Assembly (NCBI GenBank): GCA_052426225.1
Contig: JBNJNM010000021.1
Location: 1,364,001-1,428,000, forward strand
Direction: 5' to 3'
From: Zancudomyces culisetae HAW-14-8
Taxonomy: Eukaryota > Fungi > Kickxellomycota
Length of the DNA: 64,000 bases
This document shows positions 51,401 through 64,000 of the stretch, piece after piece. The notes under the pieces were generated by a model. It made no database searches and was not told the DNA's origin. It was given only the letters and a program-made list of their open reading frames with translations. Position 1 is the stretch's first letter. The number at the start of each line of letters is the position of its first letter. A program made the translations under genes and the position numbers.

Positions 51401-51594
51401 CAGATAGTGGTAGTGCAGAGGAAACTGATCGGTTGAATGCAATACTAACCAGTGTGGAAACTAATCTTCCAACCCATGGTGAGTATTGGCAGCAACTCTC
51501 AAAGGATCCTAAAAGCAACATGTTGAATGCTAGTGCTAAACAGATTTTATTGCAAGTGGTAAAGGTACTTAAAGCACAGTCAAGTATTCTATAG
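48402..51594 (+). CDS. PRP6: Pre-mRNA splicing factor Prp6 (HAT/TPR repeats); exons 48402-48472, 48661-49129, 49270-51594
   Basis: FLGKPAPPNYVAGLGRG|ATGFTTRSDIGPA, IDPEGYLTSL, NPKHAPGWIAAARLEE; GTAAGT...TAG introns restore the frame. Confidence 0.95.
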
Positions 51595-51996
51595 TTTTTT
51601 TGTATGAATTGACTACATATGAAGGGAAGAAAAATATCAACGAATAAAGTGTAAAGATAAACAGTGCTCCCACAAATACATCTATAAGTTATATAACAGT
51701 ACAAAGTTTTTACTATTATTATTATTGTTATTATTGTTATTATTGTTATTATCAATCTTTTTATATTTATCTGTTGATTATTTAAAAAAAAGAAGGATTT
51801 ATAAAGTAATAAGAGAACGGTAAAACGTACTGACGATGACTTTTTCCCAAGGTTCCAACATATTCAGCGCAAATGTCGTTTCGTATATAATTACAAACCT
51901 CTCAAATAACGAATACTCGCGTTTTTTGTAGATTTCATATTTTCTCTTGCTGGTAGGCGCACTAGCCCTGGATTCTGTGGCTTGTGATCGTTTCAT
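51569..51996 (-). CDS. Serine palmitoyltransferase small regulatory subunit-like protein (SPTssA/Tsc3 type); exons 51996-51831 and 51681-51569
   Basis: YETTFALNMLEPWEKVIV|NVFVGALFIFTLYSLIFFFPSY fits the ALYMLEPWE..FN plus hydrophobic-segment signature; GTACGT...TAG intron. Confidence 0.8.
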
Positions 51997-52538
51997 TTTG
52001 TGTATGTTTGCAGTTTTTTTTTTGACTAGTTTTCTTTCTTTTTCCTTTCCTTTCCTTTCCTTTCCTTTTCTTTTCTTTTCTCTTCTCTTGTCTTCTTATA
52101 TATACAGCGTGTAATTCTGTGATTGTTTTTCAACCAATTCAAGATTTTATCAATATATTATTAATATAAACATGAAAACGTAATACAAAAAAAAATCACA
52201 AACTTTCTTGTTATTATTTTATTTTATTTTATTTTATTTTATTGTTTTTTTTTTAACCCATTTAATTATAATGAAGGAAATACTGTTTTACGTTTTGTTT
52301 TCGTTTTATCTACTATTCGTTATTTATTTCACAACTATTATTATCCTAACTATTGGGGATTTAATTTGTTTGTATTCCATATTATTATTTTGAACCAATG
52401 TCTTTTATTTATGGGATATTAAAAAAATATATATTGACAAGAACATATAAAGAAACTACCCCTAAGAGTAAAACCAACCATAATCAAAAATGTCTTTTTG
52501 TAATAGAAAATATATAAATATAAAGCATGTTTTGGCAA

Positions 52539-53069
52539 TTATCGAGTCTGAACAATATCATCGATCTTCATAATCATACACACAGTTTCAGTAGCAAACT
52601 CAATAACACATCGACTAACCAACGATGGCTGGCACACCTTTTCCGAAGCATAAATGTCCGAATCAATCGCTCCCTTCTTGACATTTATTCCAGCATTGAC
52701 ATGCCCCAACTCATGAAGATTTCGAAGCTCTGTAATCACCTGCACTGGATTCAATCCCGAATTCTCCGCAAGCGTCACTGGAATCACCTCAAGTGCATTT
52801 GCAAAGGCCGCAAAACAAAGTGATTCATAACTGGTGGATTGGTACTTGGAATACGCCATCAATCGCTTAGACAACTCAATTTCTAGTGCTCCTCCGCCAA
52901 CAACCAACGATGGCCGCTTGATCAACGAACGCACAACACACTGGGCATCATGGATTGAACGCTCTGCCTCGTCCAGAATTAAATTGTTCGCGCCAAAAAT
53001 CACAATCGATGATGTTGGTGCCTTTTTGACCTCAACAATCGACTTTTGAGGTGGCAGTGGTGATGTCTG

Positions 53070-53102
<33 letters not shown>

Positions 53103-54488
53103 TGCTGAGGATGATGTTGCTGCTGTTGTCGATGGCGATGCTATCCCTGCTGATGCTGCTGTTGCTGTTGTTGCTGCTCCTGCCGGTGTTGTTGTTGCTG
53201 CCACGGAAGAAGATGAAGAGGCAGCTGTAAGTTTGATCCCAGTCACCTGGACAAATCTACAACCATTGACTTCTGACTCTTCAACCAAATCAGCTACTCC
53301 TAACTTATCCTCTGTAAATGAATCAATGTCTGCTATTGGCTTGCATCCCAAACTCTACAATGTTACAGAAAAAATTTTCTTTCCATTATTATAGCTCTCA
53401 CACTCATATTACAACTACCAAAACTCTTATACATACATAAAATCAAAAAAAAAAACCCCCTCCTCTTTGCTTACCTTTGTTAAAAACTCAATTTCGTCTC
53501 TTTCGACTTCTTTGATTGTCATAATCTTCAATTTAGACAAAAAGTGAAGGGACAAACTATTGACTGCATCTCGGAGTATTGACTTTTGAATCAATAAAAC
53601 ATTACATCCTGTCTTTTTGATTTTCTTGACCAACCCTAACAAATAGGTACGCTCCTCCTTCAAAATTTGATCCATCTGTCGGTAGTCACTAACAACTATT
53701 GAATTGTCCAAATCGGGCTTTGGTGGTGACAGCTGGAATTGGATCAACCCAATCTTTGCCTTTTCGATGCGTCGTGGTCCGTTTGCTGATGTTACTACCG
53801 GCTGTCTCAACACCACTCCACTAGACAAAAACGTGTCCTCAAGCGTTCCTCCCGCAAGCTTCACAATTCTGATGTCTTTTAGTGAAACCTCTCCCCTCTG
53901 TGTCGCCGGATTAACACTTGACACCCGTAGTACTGAATCCACCGCAATTGGCGCCAATGTACTCGAGTACTGGCTGACTATCTTTGAGCCTAGCGATGTT
54001 GTGGCACATTTGAGTAGCGTTTCTCGGTCCTCACCCGCAATCTTCACATCCAAAGTTCCAATCTGTTCTATAGCATATTCGCTGCTCTTTTTAAACCCCT
54101 CTACAATTTTGGTTGGGTGTACACCTCTTCCCAGCAGCTTTTCACTCTCTGCTAATAGACTTCCTGCGAACACCACTACCGAGGTTGTACCATCACCTGC
54201 CTCTGCATCCTGTGCTTGCGACAAATCCACCAACATCCGTGCTGCTGGATGAAGCACCGCTATCTGCTTCATTATTGTTGCTCCATCGTTCGACACAACC
54301 ACCTCGTTGCGCCCTGTCTCTATCATCTTGTCTAGTCCCCGTGGTCCCAAGCTTGTTCTGATTGCATCTGATACCGATTTTGCTGCTGTTATGTTGCTGT
54401 ATCGAACCTGCATAGGCTTTTCTTGTGTCTTGAAGCCTGTCATCTGCTTAGCTTGCGTGGTTTTTGGTGCCATCGTTGCTGTTACCAT
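52539..54488 (-). CDS. CCT4: TCP-1/CCT chaperonin subunit delta; exons 54488-53475 and 53354-52539
   Basis: [18 protein letters not shown], delta-type [11 protein letters not shown]...DYRQMD...LKEER and QKSILRDAV; GTAAGC...TAG intron. Confidence 0.95.
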
Positions 54489-55362
54489 CTCGTCTTTATC
54501 CTAGCACTATTCTTCCAAAATTAGATTGTCTATTGATTTTCTAATTTTTCTTTAGATTATTATTTATTGTTTTTGTTTTAATTTTCCCCCCCAAGCTTAC
54601 ATTGAAAATTTTTTTTTTATTTACCCTAGTTATTTTCAGCGTATTGAATCAGCAACCTTTTTCTGTTTACAAAGATTTCAACTCATTTTCTGTATTCTAT
54701 TTTTTTTTATTTCAACACCCGGACAATATTGAAAAATTAACATGATATTTTTATTTTTACCTATTCATTTGGACACAACTAAAATCACTGCCATACCCCC
54801 CCCAGTTTTTCTGGGCTAATTGCCAAAACAAATAAATAAATCAAACAAAAAATCCCAAAAAAAATTTTTTTTTCTGTTTTCATCCTTAACTTTTCCCACT
54901 ATTTTCATTCTGGGCTTTGATGTACCTGTTCAGAAATCAAACGGAAATTCAAGGCAGATATATTTACAACTTTGTATAGACAAAGTTAATTCACTCTTGT
55001 CTCTTGTCTCTTGTCTCTTGTCACTTTTCCCTTTTCCCTTCAGACACATTCGTATCTCATCCCATTCTCAGCGTATCATATTCCGTGGATTATTCTTTGT
55101 TTACACCCTACCTCACCATCTTACATCTTGCATAGTTTTATAAGTAATCAACACTTTATTTCTAAATTATTCATAGCGACCTTTATGATCAAAACTGCTG
55201 TTTGGAATTAGTTATTCAAACCCAGCCTAGTAGAAAAGCTACACAACAAAGCTATTAAATTTACCATCTGGGTGATTTTTTTTTGTATTAAACATTTAGT
55301 TCATTAAAAACTACCTTTTTAGCATCGACTGCTTAGATATGTGCAATTTGCCCTCGTATAAG

Positions 55363-55971
55363 TTATTCAACGATATCGGCGTATCCATCTTTGGATTTTT
55401 TGGATTTTTTCTTTTTTTTCTCCTCTTCTCCCTCCTCGCCATACTGATATTCGTCGTATCCCTTCTCTGAGGTACTAGTATTGCTTGTACTCTTTTCAAC
55501 AGATGTCAGAGTTGTAGCACTAGTGGTTGTGCTAAAGATGGTGGTAGAGATATAGATAGTGCTAGGGCTAACAGGCACTGTTGTCATTGGCATAGAGGTA
55601 ACCACAATAGGTACGCTTTTTGGCACTGAAGTCTGTGTACTGCTGCTTGTGAAGAAATTGGTAATTGTTAGCGTTGTAGTTACTGAAGTATCGTTGGGTC
55701 CAGTGGCTATTATTGCTACAGATATGTTGGTGGGTATCTTGGACACTGTCTTTTGCTTTTTAACAGTTTTTCCCCGTTTACGCGCTTTCAAATTCAATGG
55801 AAAATCTACATTTACTGGAGCCTGCATGAGTTTAAGTGCTTGACAAAAGTCATAGTCTATGGCATTTTTATAACACAAATCCCTAAATGGATTGAATTCC
55901 GCTTGCACATTTTCTACGATGTTTGCAGCTACTGCCAAACTTGCCAAATATCCTAAAATAAATGTCTTCAT
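55363..55971 (-). CDS. Small secreted Ser/Thr-rich protein of unknown function
   Basis: MKTFILGYLASLAVA signal-like start, two Cys, T/S-rich middle, charged C-terminus. Confidence 0.65.
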   Translation of the reverse strand: MKTFILGYLASLAVAANIVENVQAEFNPFRDLCYKNAIDYDFCQALKLMQAPVNVDFPLNLKARKRGKTVKKQKTVSKIPTNISVAIIATGPNDTSVTTTLTITNFFTSSSTQTSVPKSVPIVVTSMPMTTVPVSPSTIYISTTIFSTTTSATTLTSVEKSTSNTSTSEKGYDEYQYGEEGEEEKKKKKSKKSKDGYADIVE

Positions 55972-58331
55972 TTTATAAAGTCTATGCAGTTGTAATGTTC
56001 TTTTTTTTCGGCTTTTCTTTTCCTCCTCACAAAAAATCAGTGTACAAAATAAGCAAAAATATGAGTTATATGCTATTGTAATATATATCCGGTAGCGAAT
56101 GCTATATTTTTATTTATCCAACTGAGTTATACTCGGCGATGCTTATATATCGGCCTACTTCACATGTAACTAGCTTTGTGTCAATGCAAGACATTTAAAT
56201 AAAAATCTTTTCTCCATCTTACTCTGCCTAGACCTCTCGAACTTTTGCTTTTGCTTTTGCTTTTGCTATTTATTTTTGCTATTTATTTTTGATACCACTC
56301 ATAAGTTTTTTAAAAGATCTCGATAACATAGCAGTAGGTTCTAGATGAAGTTGAAGGTTTACAATATTAGCTCAAAGTTATATTGAATTTATACTTTTTT
56401 TAGCGTCAGAATACCAGTATAATTTATGATTAAGCTAGCTAGTTATTCAAACCTTTAGAACGTTGGACGAGACCCATTCTTCAGGTAAAATTAAATATAC
56501 TCACGACCTTAGTTTTAATGTATAAATACGTTCATCTTGTTCGAAACTCTCTTTTTCTGATTAAGGAGGGGTTAGAGTGTGGAGGTGGGGGTGGAGTGGA
56601 AACCATTAAATATAGCTACAGTTAAGACACATCGGTTCAAGTTCATATACCATCCTTCAACTAGAACAAGGTTACTAAATTACATGATTTTCCTGTGTTG
56701 AGATCACTTAGGAATGCAGTACAGATCTTCATAACCTACAGGTATGGCTTTGATCGAGACAATTTGGGAGGATAATTCCACAAAATTGTATTATTATCAA
56801 TAGATAAATTGAACATGATAAAAGTGCTGTATTATATGTTAGTAGCTAATTTCAATACAGGTAACAACTATACAACCCCAGGAAATTCAAATCAATAAAA
56901 AAATAGGAGCCCCTCCACCCAGTTCTAAAAAACAAGTCCTAGACTTTTGTAATTAGTGGGGAGCTATGTTGGTCTAAAAGTATCTAAAAGCACTAAAACC
57001 CCAGTAAGTGGAGTTTTAGTAAATGGAGTGCAAAGGGTACTTGGTGGTTATTTGCTACATTAGGCTAAACTCAAGCAAAATCTTGAAGTTGCGGTATTCT
57101 ATGTAAAATATGCAATCGTTATGAGTAACACAGTCCTTGTAGCCTTTTTTCTTTTTTTTCTTCTACTGTGTGTCATTTTTTGTTATTAAACTACTAAAAG
57201 AAAAAAATATAGAAATTTTCTCGCAAACACACCCCAAAACATTGTAAGACAAGAGTATGTAATACAAGCATATAGCATGATGGCTTTTTTTGATACACTA
57301 GATTAGTAAATCTCAACTATAACAATGATTTATCTTGCATATTATTTAATAACTTCAAAAAGTACACATTTTAAACAGTTGATTGATGGAGTTGACCAAG
57401 ATTCGTGTATTTTTACAAGTTTGGTGTTGGTATACTTCCATTAAACACAACCATTAACAACCCGAATTTTGTGAGTATGATGGTAAAGTGTATATTTACA
57501 TTAATGAAGTCTAAAGTCCAGAAATTTGTGAACATGCTGAGTCATTAAATCAAAAACGTACATATATGCTAGCCTTGTCCATTTAAAGCCATGATGGAAT
57601 CAGTATGTTAATTAACTACAAAGTTTCATTGTTAGAAAAGTTACAACAGTATTTTTTTATAATATATTTGTACGGATTAATCCGTGTCAAGCACGACATA
57701 ACATTATATTTGTTCGCATTTTGGTATTATTAAATCCATTCAAACTGAGGATTATTCATTAAATATAAATTAATTAATTTGACTACAGTGGCTCTTAGCA
57801 TTGAATTTCAAAATAAGTTTATTAGTAAAGTCTTTTGAAAATTGTAAAATAAAACTTAAAAAATAAAGATAAATGGTGGATAATATCTAAAATAGATCAA
57901 GACCTTGTTAAATAAACACAGTCACAAGTAAACCCATTAGAGACTGTGTAAATAAGGATACATGTACCATAAAAGAGTGTATATATTCTGTTGTAATAAG
58001 TGAAATAGGTGGTGAGGTTTAACACACCCAAGCGCTGGAAGAGTAAAACTAAGGCGCTTTAAGGTGGGATAAACTAAATCTTGAAGCAAATCATAACAAT
58101 TAGCCAGGTATAGTGTTGTGAAATCATAACGAGTCGAGAAATCGCCTGAATATTGGGATATATGAAAAAAGGATACAAAAAATTATGGAGAAGAGCGAGA
58201 CATGTATGGGTATAACTCATAGTTGGTGAATATGTGTACACGGGAGAGTATCAATTCCTAAGTGTTGAGTTCTGAATTAAGATATAACGATCAATTAATT
58301 GATGAATAATACGTCGAATAGATGATCGTTA

Positions 58332-61300
58332 TCAAAGATAAGGTGGTATGTCAGAAGGATACAATTCAGCATCATTCATATAATCATCATGTAGTGGTCC
58401 GTGTGGTGATTTTGATGATGAACAAGGAAGTGTTGAATGAGAAGTATTTGATAAGGTTGGGGATGTAGAAAATGATGACAATGTAGATGTTTTAGAAGTA
58501 GATGCAAATGATGGAGTTGAAAAACAAGTGTGAGATGTTGGTGATGTTAGAAAAGTTGATGTGGTAGAAGTTGTTGAAAATGTTGGAGAGGAATGGTATT
58601 TAGTGCTTGTGGATGATACACAGGTATGTGTTTTTGAGTGGGGTTGAGTAGGAGTTGACGGACGGGAAGTTCGGGATGATGTATAGTGTGGTGGTCTATG
58701 ATGTGGGCGGTGAGGTGGTCGGTATGGCGGTCTATGATGTGGGCGGTGAGGTGGTCGGTATGGCGGTCTATGATGTGGGCGGTGAGGTGGTCGGTATGGC
58801 GGTCTATGATGCGGACGATGGTGTGGACGATGATGTGGTCGGTATGGCGGTCTATGATGCGGACGATGGTGTGGACGATGATGTGGTCGGTATGGCGGTC
58901 TATGATGCGGACGATGGTGTGGTTTGTATGGTGGACGGTATGGCGGTCTGTGATGTGGACGGTGAGGTGGTCGATGTGGTGGACCACATGGTGAGGGATG
59001 GGGTGGTCTATGTGACGGTCTATGTGTTGGACGGGTAAATGTTAAACTAGTTATTGAAGTTAGAATACATGGTGATGTGGGTCTAGTACGTGATGAACTA
59101 GCTACTGAAGTTAGAATAGTTGATGGAGTTGGGCAAGTTACTGAAATGGGTCTGGTACGGGTTGGGCGAGTACGGGTTGGACTAGTTACTGAGGTTGGGC
59201 TAGTTGGTGAAGTTGGGCAAGTTACTGAAGTGGGTCTGGTACGGGTTGGGCGAGTTGGTGAGGTTGAGCGAGTACGAGTTGGGCGAGTGAATGAAGTTGG
59301 GCGAGTGAATGAAGTTGGGCGAGTGAATGAAGTTGGGCGAGTGAATGAAGTTGGGCGAGTGAATGAAGTTGGGCGAGTGAATGAAGTTGGCCTGGTGAAT
59401 GAAGTTGGTCTGGTGAAGGACGTTGGGCGAGTGAATGAAGTTGGGCGAGTGAATGAAGTTGGTCTGGTGAATGAAGTTGGGCGAGTGAATGAAGTTGGGC
59501 GAGTACGAGTTGGACTGGTGAATGAAGTTGGTCTGGTGAAGGACGTTGGGCGAGTACGAGTTGGTCTGGTGAATGAAGTTGGTCTGGTGAAGGACGTTGG
59601 GCGAGTACGAGTTGGGCGAGTGAATGAAGTTGGACGAGTACGAGTTGGTCTGGTGAAGGACGTTGGGCGAGTACGGGTTGGCCTGGTGAATGAAGTTGGT
59701 CTGGTGAAGGACGTTGGGCGAGTGAATGAAGTTGGGCGAGTGAATGAAGTTGGGCGAGTGAATGAAGTTGGTCTGGTGAATGAAGTTGGGCGAGTGAATG
59801 AAGTTGGGCGAGTGAATGAAGTTGGGCGAGTACGAGTTGGACTGGTGAATGAAGTTGGTCTGGTGAATGAAGTTGGTCTGGTGAAGGACGTTGGGCGAGT
59901 ACGAGTTGGTCTGGTGAAGGACGTTGGGCGAGTACGGGTTGGCCTGGTGAATGAAGTTGGTCTGGTGAATGAAGTTGGTCTGGTGAATGAAGTTGGTCTG
60001 GTGAAGGATGTTGGTCTGGTGAATGAAGTTGGTCTGGTGAAGGACGTTGGGCGAGTGAATGAAGTTGGGCGAGTGAATGAAGTTGGGTGAGTACGGGTTG
60101 GCCTGGTGAATGAAGTTGGTCTGGTGAATGAAGTTGGTCTGGTGAAGGATGTTGGTCTGGTGAATGAAGTTGGTCTGGTGAAGGACGTTGGGCGAGTGAA
60201 TGAAGTTGGTCTGGTGAATGAAGTTGGGCGAGTGAATGAAGTTGGGCGAGTGAATGAAGTTGGGCGAGTACGAGTTGGACTGGTGAATGAAGTTGGTCTG
60301 GTGAATGAAGTTGGTCTGGTGAAGGACGTTGGGCGAGTACGAGTTGGTCTGGTGAATGAAGTTGGTCTGGTGAAGGACGTTGGGCGAGTGAATGAAGTTG
60401 GTCTGGTGAAGGATGTTGGTCTGGTGAATGAAGTTGGTCTGGTGAAGGACGTTGGGCGAGTGAATGAAGTTGGGCGAGTGAATGAAGTTGGTCTGGTGAA
60501 GGATGTTGGTCTGGTGAAGGACGTTGGGCGAGTACGAGTTGGTCTGGTGAATGAAGTTGGTCTGGTGAAGGACGTTGGGCGAGTGAATGAAGTTGAGCGA
60601 GTGAATGAAGTTGGTCTGGTGAATGAAGTTGGGCGAGTGAATGAAGTTGGGCGAGTACGAGTTGGACTGGTGAATGAAGTTGGTCTGGTGAATGAAGTTG
60701 GTCTGGTGAAGGACGTTGGGCGAGTACGAGTTGGTCTGGTGAATGAAGTTGGTCTGGTGAAGGACGTTGGGCGAGTGAATGAAGTTGGGCGAGTGAATGA
60801 AGTTGGTCTGGTGAAGGATGTTGGTCTGGTGAATGAAGTTGGGCGAGTGAATGAAGTTGGGCGAGTACGAGTTGGACTGGTGAATGAAGTTGGTCTGGTG
60901 AATGAAGTTGGTCTGGTGAAGGACGTTGGGCGAGTACGAGTTGGTCTGGTGAATGAAGTTGGGCGAGTACGAGTTGGTCTGGTGAATGAAGTTGGTCTGG
61001 TGAAGGACGTTGGGCGAGTACGAGTTGGGCGAGTGAATGAAGTTGGACGAGTACGAGTTGGTCTGGTGAAGGACGTTGGGCGAGTACGGGTTGGCCTGGT
61101 GAATGAAGTTGGTCTGGTGAATGAAGTTGGTCTGGTGAATGATGTTGGACGAGTACGTGTTGGGCGAGTGAATGATGTTGGGCGAGTGAACGTTGGGCGA
61201 GTGAACGTTGGACGAGTGAATGATGTTGGGCGAGTACGTGTTGGGCGAGTGAATGATGTTGGTCTGGTGAATGAAGTTGGTCTGGTGAATGAAGTTGGTC

Positions 61301-64000
61301 TGGTGAATGATGTTGGACGAGTACGTGTTGGGCGAGTGAATGATGTTGGGCGAGTGAACGTTGGGCGAGTGAACGTTGGACGAGTGAATGAAGTTGGGCG
61401 AGTACGTGTTGGACGGGTGAATGATGTTGGGCGAGTACGTGTTGGGCGAGTGAATGATGTTGGACGAGTGAATGAAGTTGGGCGAGTACGGGTTGGGCGA
61501 GTACGTGTTGGGCGAGTGAATGATGTTGGGCGAGTGAATGATGTTGGGCGAGTGAATGTTGGACGGGTGAATGATGTTGGGCGAGTACGTGTTGGGCGAG
61601 TGAACGTTGGGCGAGTGAATGAAGTTGGTCTGGTGAATGAAGTTGGTCTGGTGAAGGACGTTGGGCGAGTACGAGTTGGTCTGGTGAATGAAGTTGGTCT
61701 GGTGAAGGACGTTGGGCGAGTGAATGAAGTTGGTCTGGTGAAGGATGTTGGTCTGGTGAATGAAGTTGGTCTGGTGAAGGACGTTGGGCGAGTGAATGAA
61801 GTTGGGCGAGTGAATGAAGTTGGTCTGGTGAAGGATGTTGGTCTGGTGAAGGACGTTGGGCGAGTACGAGTTGGTCTGGTGAATGAAGTTGGTCTGGTGA
61901 AGGACGTTGGGCGAGTGAATGAAGTTGAGCGAGTGAATGAAGTTGGTCTGGTGAATGAAGTTGGGCGAGTGAATGAAGTTGGGCGAGTACGAGTTGGACT
62001 GGTGAATGAAGTTGGTCTGGTGAATGAAGTTGGTCTGGTGAAGGACGTTGGGCGAGTACGAGTTGGTCTGGTGAATGAAGTTGGTCTGGTGAAGGACGTT
62101 GGGCGAGTGAATGAAGTTGGGCGAGTGAATGAAGTTGGTCTGGTGAAGGATGTTGGGCGAGTGAATGAAGTTGGGCGAGTGAATGAAGTTGGGCGAGTAC
62201 GAGTTGGACTGGTGAATGAAGTTGGTCTGGTGAATGAAGTTGGTCTGGTGAAGGACGTTGGGCGAGTACGAGTTGGTCTGGTGAATGAAGTTGGGCGAGT
62301 ACGAGTTGGTCTGGTGAATGAAGTTGGTCTGGTGAAGGACGTTGGGCGAGTACGAGTTGGGCGAGTGAATGAAGTTGGACGAGTACGAGTTGGTCTGGTG
62401 AAGGACGTTGGGCGAGTACGGGTTGGCCTGGTGAATGAAGTTGGTCTGGTGAAGGACGTTGGGCGAGTGAATGAAGTTGGGCGAGTGAATGAAGTTGGTC
62501 TGGTGAAGGATGTTGGTCTGGTGAAGGACGTTGGGCGAGTACGAGTTGGTCTGGTGAATGAAGTTGGTCTGGTGAAGGACGTTGGGCGAGTGAATGAAGT
62601 TGGGCGAGTGAATGAAGTTGGGCGAGTACGAGTTGGTCTGGTGAATGAAGTTGGGCGAGTACGAGTTGGTCTGGTGAATGAAGTTGGTCTGGTGAAGGAC
62701 GTTGGGCGAGTGAATGAAGTTGGTCTGGTGAAGGACGTTGGGCGAGTGAATGAAGTTGGGCGAGTGAATGAAGTTGGTCTGGTGAAGGATGTTGGTCTGG
62801 TGAAGGACGTTGGGCGAGTACGAGTTGGTCTGGTGAATGAAGTTGGTCTGGTGAAGGACGTTGGGCGAGTGAATGAAGTTGAGCGAGTGAATGAAGTTGG
62901 TCTGGTGAATGAAGTTGGTCTGGTGAATGATGTTGGACGAGTACGTGTTGGTCTGGTGAATGAAGTTGGTCTGGTGAAGGATGTTGGTCTGGTGAATGAA
63001 GTTGGTCTGGTGAAGGACGTTGGGCGAGTGAATGATGTTGGGCGAGTACGTGTTGGCCTGGTAAATGTTGGTCTGGTGAATGTTGGTCTGGTGAATGATG
63101 TTGGACGAGTACGTGTTGGGCGAGTGAACGTTGGTCTAGTGAATGAAGTTGGTCTGGTGAATGATGTTGGACGAGTACGTGTTGGACGAGTGAATGTTGG
63201 ACGGGTGAATGATGTTGGGCAAGTACGTGTTGGTCTAGTGAATGATGTTGGTCTGGTGAATGATGTTGGGCGAGTAAATGTTGGACGGGTGAATGATGTT
63301 GGGCGAGTACGTGTTGGGCGAGTACGTGTTGGGCGAGTACGTGTTGGGCGAGTACGTGTTGGGCGAGTACGTGTTGGGCGAGTACGTGTTGGGCGAGTGA
63401 ATGATGTTGGGCGAGTGAACGTTGGGCGAGTGAATGATGTTGGGCGAGTACGTGTTGGGCGAGTGAACGTTGGTCTGGTGAATGAAGTTGGGCGAGTACG
63501 AGTTGGGCGAGTGAATGATGTTGGGCGAGTGAATGAAGTTGGACGAGTGAATGTTGGTCTAGTACGTGTAGGTCTAGTACGTGTTGGGCGAGTGAACGTT
63601 GGTCTAGTGAATGATGTTGGTCTGGTGAATGATGTTGGACGAGTACGTGTTGGACGAGTGAATGTTGGACGGGTGAATGATGTTGGGCAAGTACGTGTTG
63701 GTCTAGTGAATGATGTTGGTCTGGTGAATGATGTTGGGCGAGTAAATGTTGGACGGGTGAATGATGTTGGGCGAGTACGTGTTGGGCGAGTGAACGTTGG
63801 TCTGGTGAAGGACGTTGGGCGAGTACGTGTTGGGCGAGTGAATGATGTTGGTCTGGTGAATGAAGTTGGTCTGGTGAATGAAGTTGGTCTGGTGAAGGAC
63901 GTTGGGCGAGTACGTGTTGGGCGAGTGAATGATGTTGGTCTGGTGAATGAAGTTGGTCTGGTGAATGAAGTTGGTCTGGTGAATGATGTTGGACGAGTAC
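58332..64000 (-). CDS. Giant (FTRPTS)n repeat protein (relative 3; 5' end outside window)
   Basis: One minus-strand frame appears open from the window end to TGA at 58334-58332 (checked codon by codon over the 3' part, phase-checked elsewhere). It reads FTRPTS/TRPTR arrays, then ([12 protein letters not shown])n, an S/T tail, and ends [13 protein letters not shown]. Confidence 0.85.
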   Translation of the reverse strand, partial: TRPTSFTRPTSFTRPTSFTRPTSFTRPTRTRPTSFTRPTSFTRPTSFTRPTSFTRPTRTRPTSFTRPTFTRPTRTRPTSFTRPTFTRPTSFTRPTSFTRPTRTCPTSFTRPTFTRPTRTRPTSFTRPTSFTRPTFTRPTRTRPTRTRPTFTRPTSFTRPTSFTRPTRTRPTSFTRPTFTRPTRTRPTSFTRPTFTRPTSFTRPTRTRPTRTRPTRTRPTRTRPTRTRPTRTRPTSFTRPTFTRPTSFTRPTSFTRPTRTCPTSFTRPTFTRPTRTRPTSFTRPTSFTRPTFTRPTRTRPTSFTRPTFTRPTFTRPTRTRPTSFTRPTSFTRPTSFTRPTSFTRPTSFTRPTRTRPTSFTRPTSFTRPTSFTRSTSFTRPTSFTRPTSFTRPTRTRPTSFTRPTSFTRPTSFTRPTSFTRPTSFTRPTSFTRPTSFTRPTSFTRPTRTRPTSFTRPTRTRPTSFTRPTSFTRPTSFTRPTSFTRPTRTRPTSFTRPTSFTRPTSFTRPTSFTRPTSFTRPTSFTRPTRTRPTSFTRPTRTRPTSFTRPTRTRPTSFTRPTSFTRPTRTRPTSFTRPTRTRPTSFTRPTSFTRPTSFTSPTRTRPTSFTRPTSFTRPTSFTRPTSFTRPTSFTRPTSFTRPTSFTRPTRTRPTSFTRPTSFTRPTSFTSPTRTRPTSFTRPTSFTRPTSFTRSTSFTRPTSFTRPTSFTRPTRTRPTSFTRPTSFTRPTSFTRPTSFTRPTSFTRPTSFTRPTSFTRPTSFTRPTSFTRPTSFTRPTRTRPTSFTRPTSFTRPTSFTRPTFTRPTRTRPTSFTRPTFTRPTSFTRPTSFTRPTRTRPTRTRPTSFTRPTSFTRPTRTRPTSFTRPTRTRPTSFTRPTFTRPTFTRPTSFTRPTRTRPTSFTRPTSFTRPTSFTRPTSFTRPTRTRPTSFTRPTFTRPTFTRPTSFTRPTRTRPTSFTRPTSFTRPTSFTRPTRTRPTSFTRPTRTRPTSFTRPTRTRPTSFTRPTSFTRPTRTRPTSFTRPTRTRPTSFTRPTSFTRPTSFTSPTRTRPTSFTRPTSFTRPTSFTRPTSFTRPTSFTRPTSFTRPTSFTRPTRTRPTSFTRPTSFTRPTSFTSPTRTRPTSFTRPTSFTRPTSFTRSTSFTRPTSFTRPTSFTRPTRTRPTSFTRPTSFTRPTSFTRPTSFTRPTSFTRPTSFTRPTSFTRPTSFTRPTSFTRPTSFTRPTRTRPTSFTRPTSFTRPTSFTSPTRTRPTSFTRPTSFTRPTSFTRPTSFTRPTSFTRPTSFTRPTSFTRPTSFTRPTSFTRPTRTHPTSFTRPTSFTRPTSFTRPTSFTRPTSFTRPTSFTRPTSFTRPTSFTRPTRTRPTSFTRPTRTRPTSFTRPTSFTRPTSFTSPTRTRPTSFTRPTSFTRPTSFTRPTSFTRPTSFTRPTSFTRPTSFTRPTSFTRPTRTRPTSFTRPTRTRPTSFTRPTRTRPTSFTRPTSFTRPTRTRPTSFTRPTSFTSPTRTRPTSFTRPTSFTRPTSFTRPTSFTRPTSFTRPTSFTRPTSFTRPTSFTRPTSFTRPTSFTRPTSFTRPTSFTRPTRTRSTSPTRPTRTRPTSVTCPTSPTSPTSVTSPTRTRPTRTRPISVTCPTPSTILTSVASSSRTRPTSPCILTSITSLTFTRPTHRPSHRPPHPSPCGPPHRPPHRPHHRPPYRPPYKPHHRPHHRPPYRPHHRPHHRPHHRPPYRPHHRPHHRPHHRPPYRPPHRPHHRPPYRPPHRPHHRPPYRPPHRPHHRPPHYTSSRTSRPSTPTQPHSKTHTCVSSTSTKYHSSPTFSTTSTTSTFLTSPTSHTCFSTPSFASTSKTSTLSSFSTSPTLSNTSHSTLPCSSSKSPHGPLHDDYMNDAELYPSDIPPYL

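Noticed and set aside
49514-51755. Multiple antisense ORFs over PRP6 (and similarly over CCT4)
   Set aside because: Expected shadows of GC-rich conserved coding sequence.
57672-57685. Perfect 14-bp palindrome acggattaatccgt
   Set aside because: Isolated, with no second copy noticed or supporting context.
58547-60090. VNEVGR, MMW and HIIDRH ORFs in the track
   Set aside because: Shadow or antisense frames of the FTRPTS gene.

Overview
Eukaryotic, most likely fungal, AT-rich genomic DNA; an early-diverging lineage is plausible but the taxon cannot be fixed from sequence alone. About 1.4-41.6 kb is a dense island of nested transposons. It holds five Ty3/Gypsy families (my labels G1-G5; chromodomain visible in all but the 3'-truncated G3), two DIRS-type tyrosine-recombinase retroelements with an adenine-methyltransferase-like domain, a Tc1 DD34E transposon, a decayed L1/Tx1-like LINE and several solo or partial LTRs, many resolvable to exact 5-bp TSDs. 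All five Gypsy families show two RNA-level devices: a self-priming site complementary to their own predicted 5' end instead of a tRNA PBS, and a slippery heptamer plus stem-loop/pseudoknot at a -1 gag/pol junction. The island lies between two direct paralogs of a giant Pro/Arg/Thr/aromatic tandem-repeat gene (the complete copy has a signal peptide). A third, inverted relative (>1880 codons, not in the ORF track) fills the window end. Between them are PRP6, an SPT small-subunit gene overlapping the PRP6 3' end, CCT4 with a low-complexity insertion, and a small secreted S/T-rich protein.
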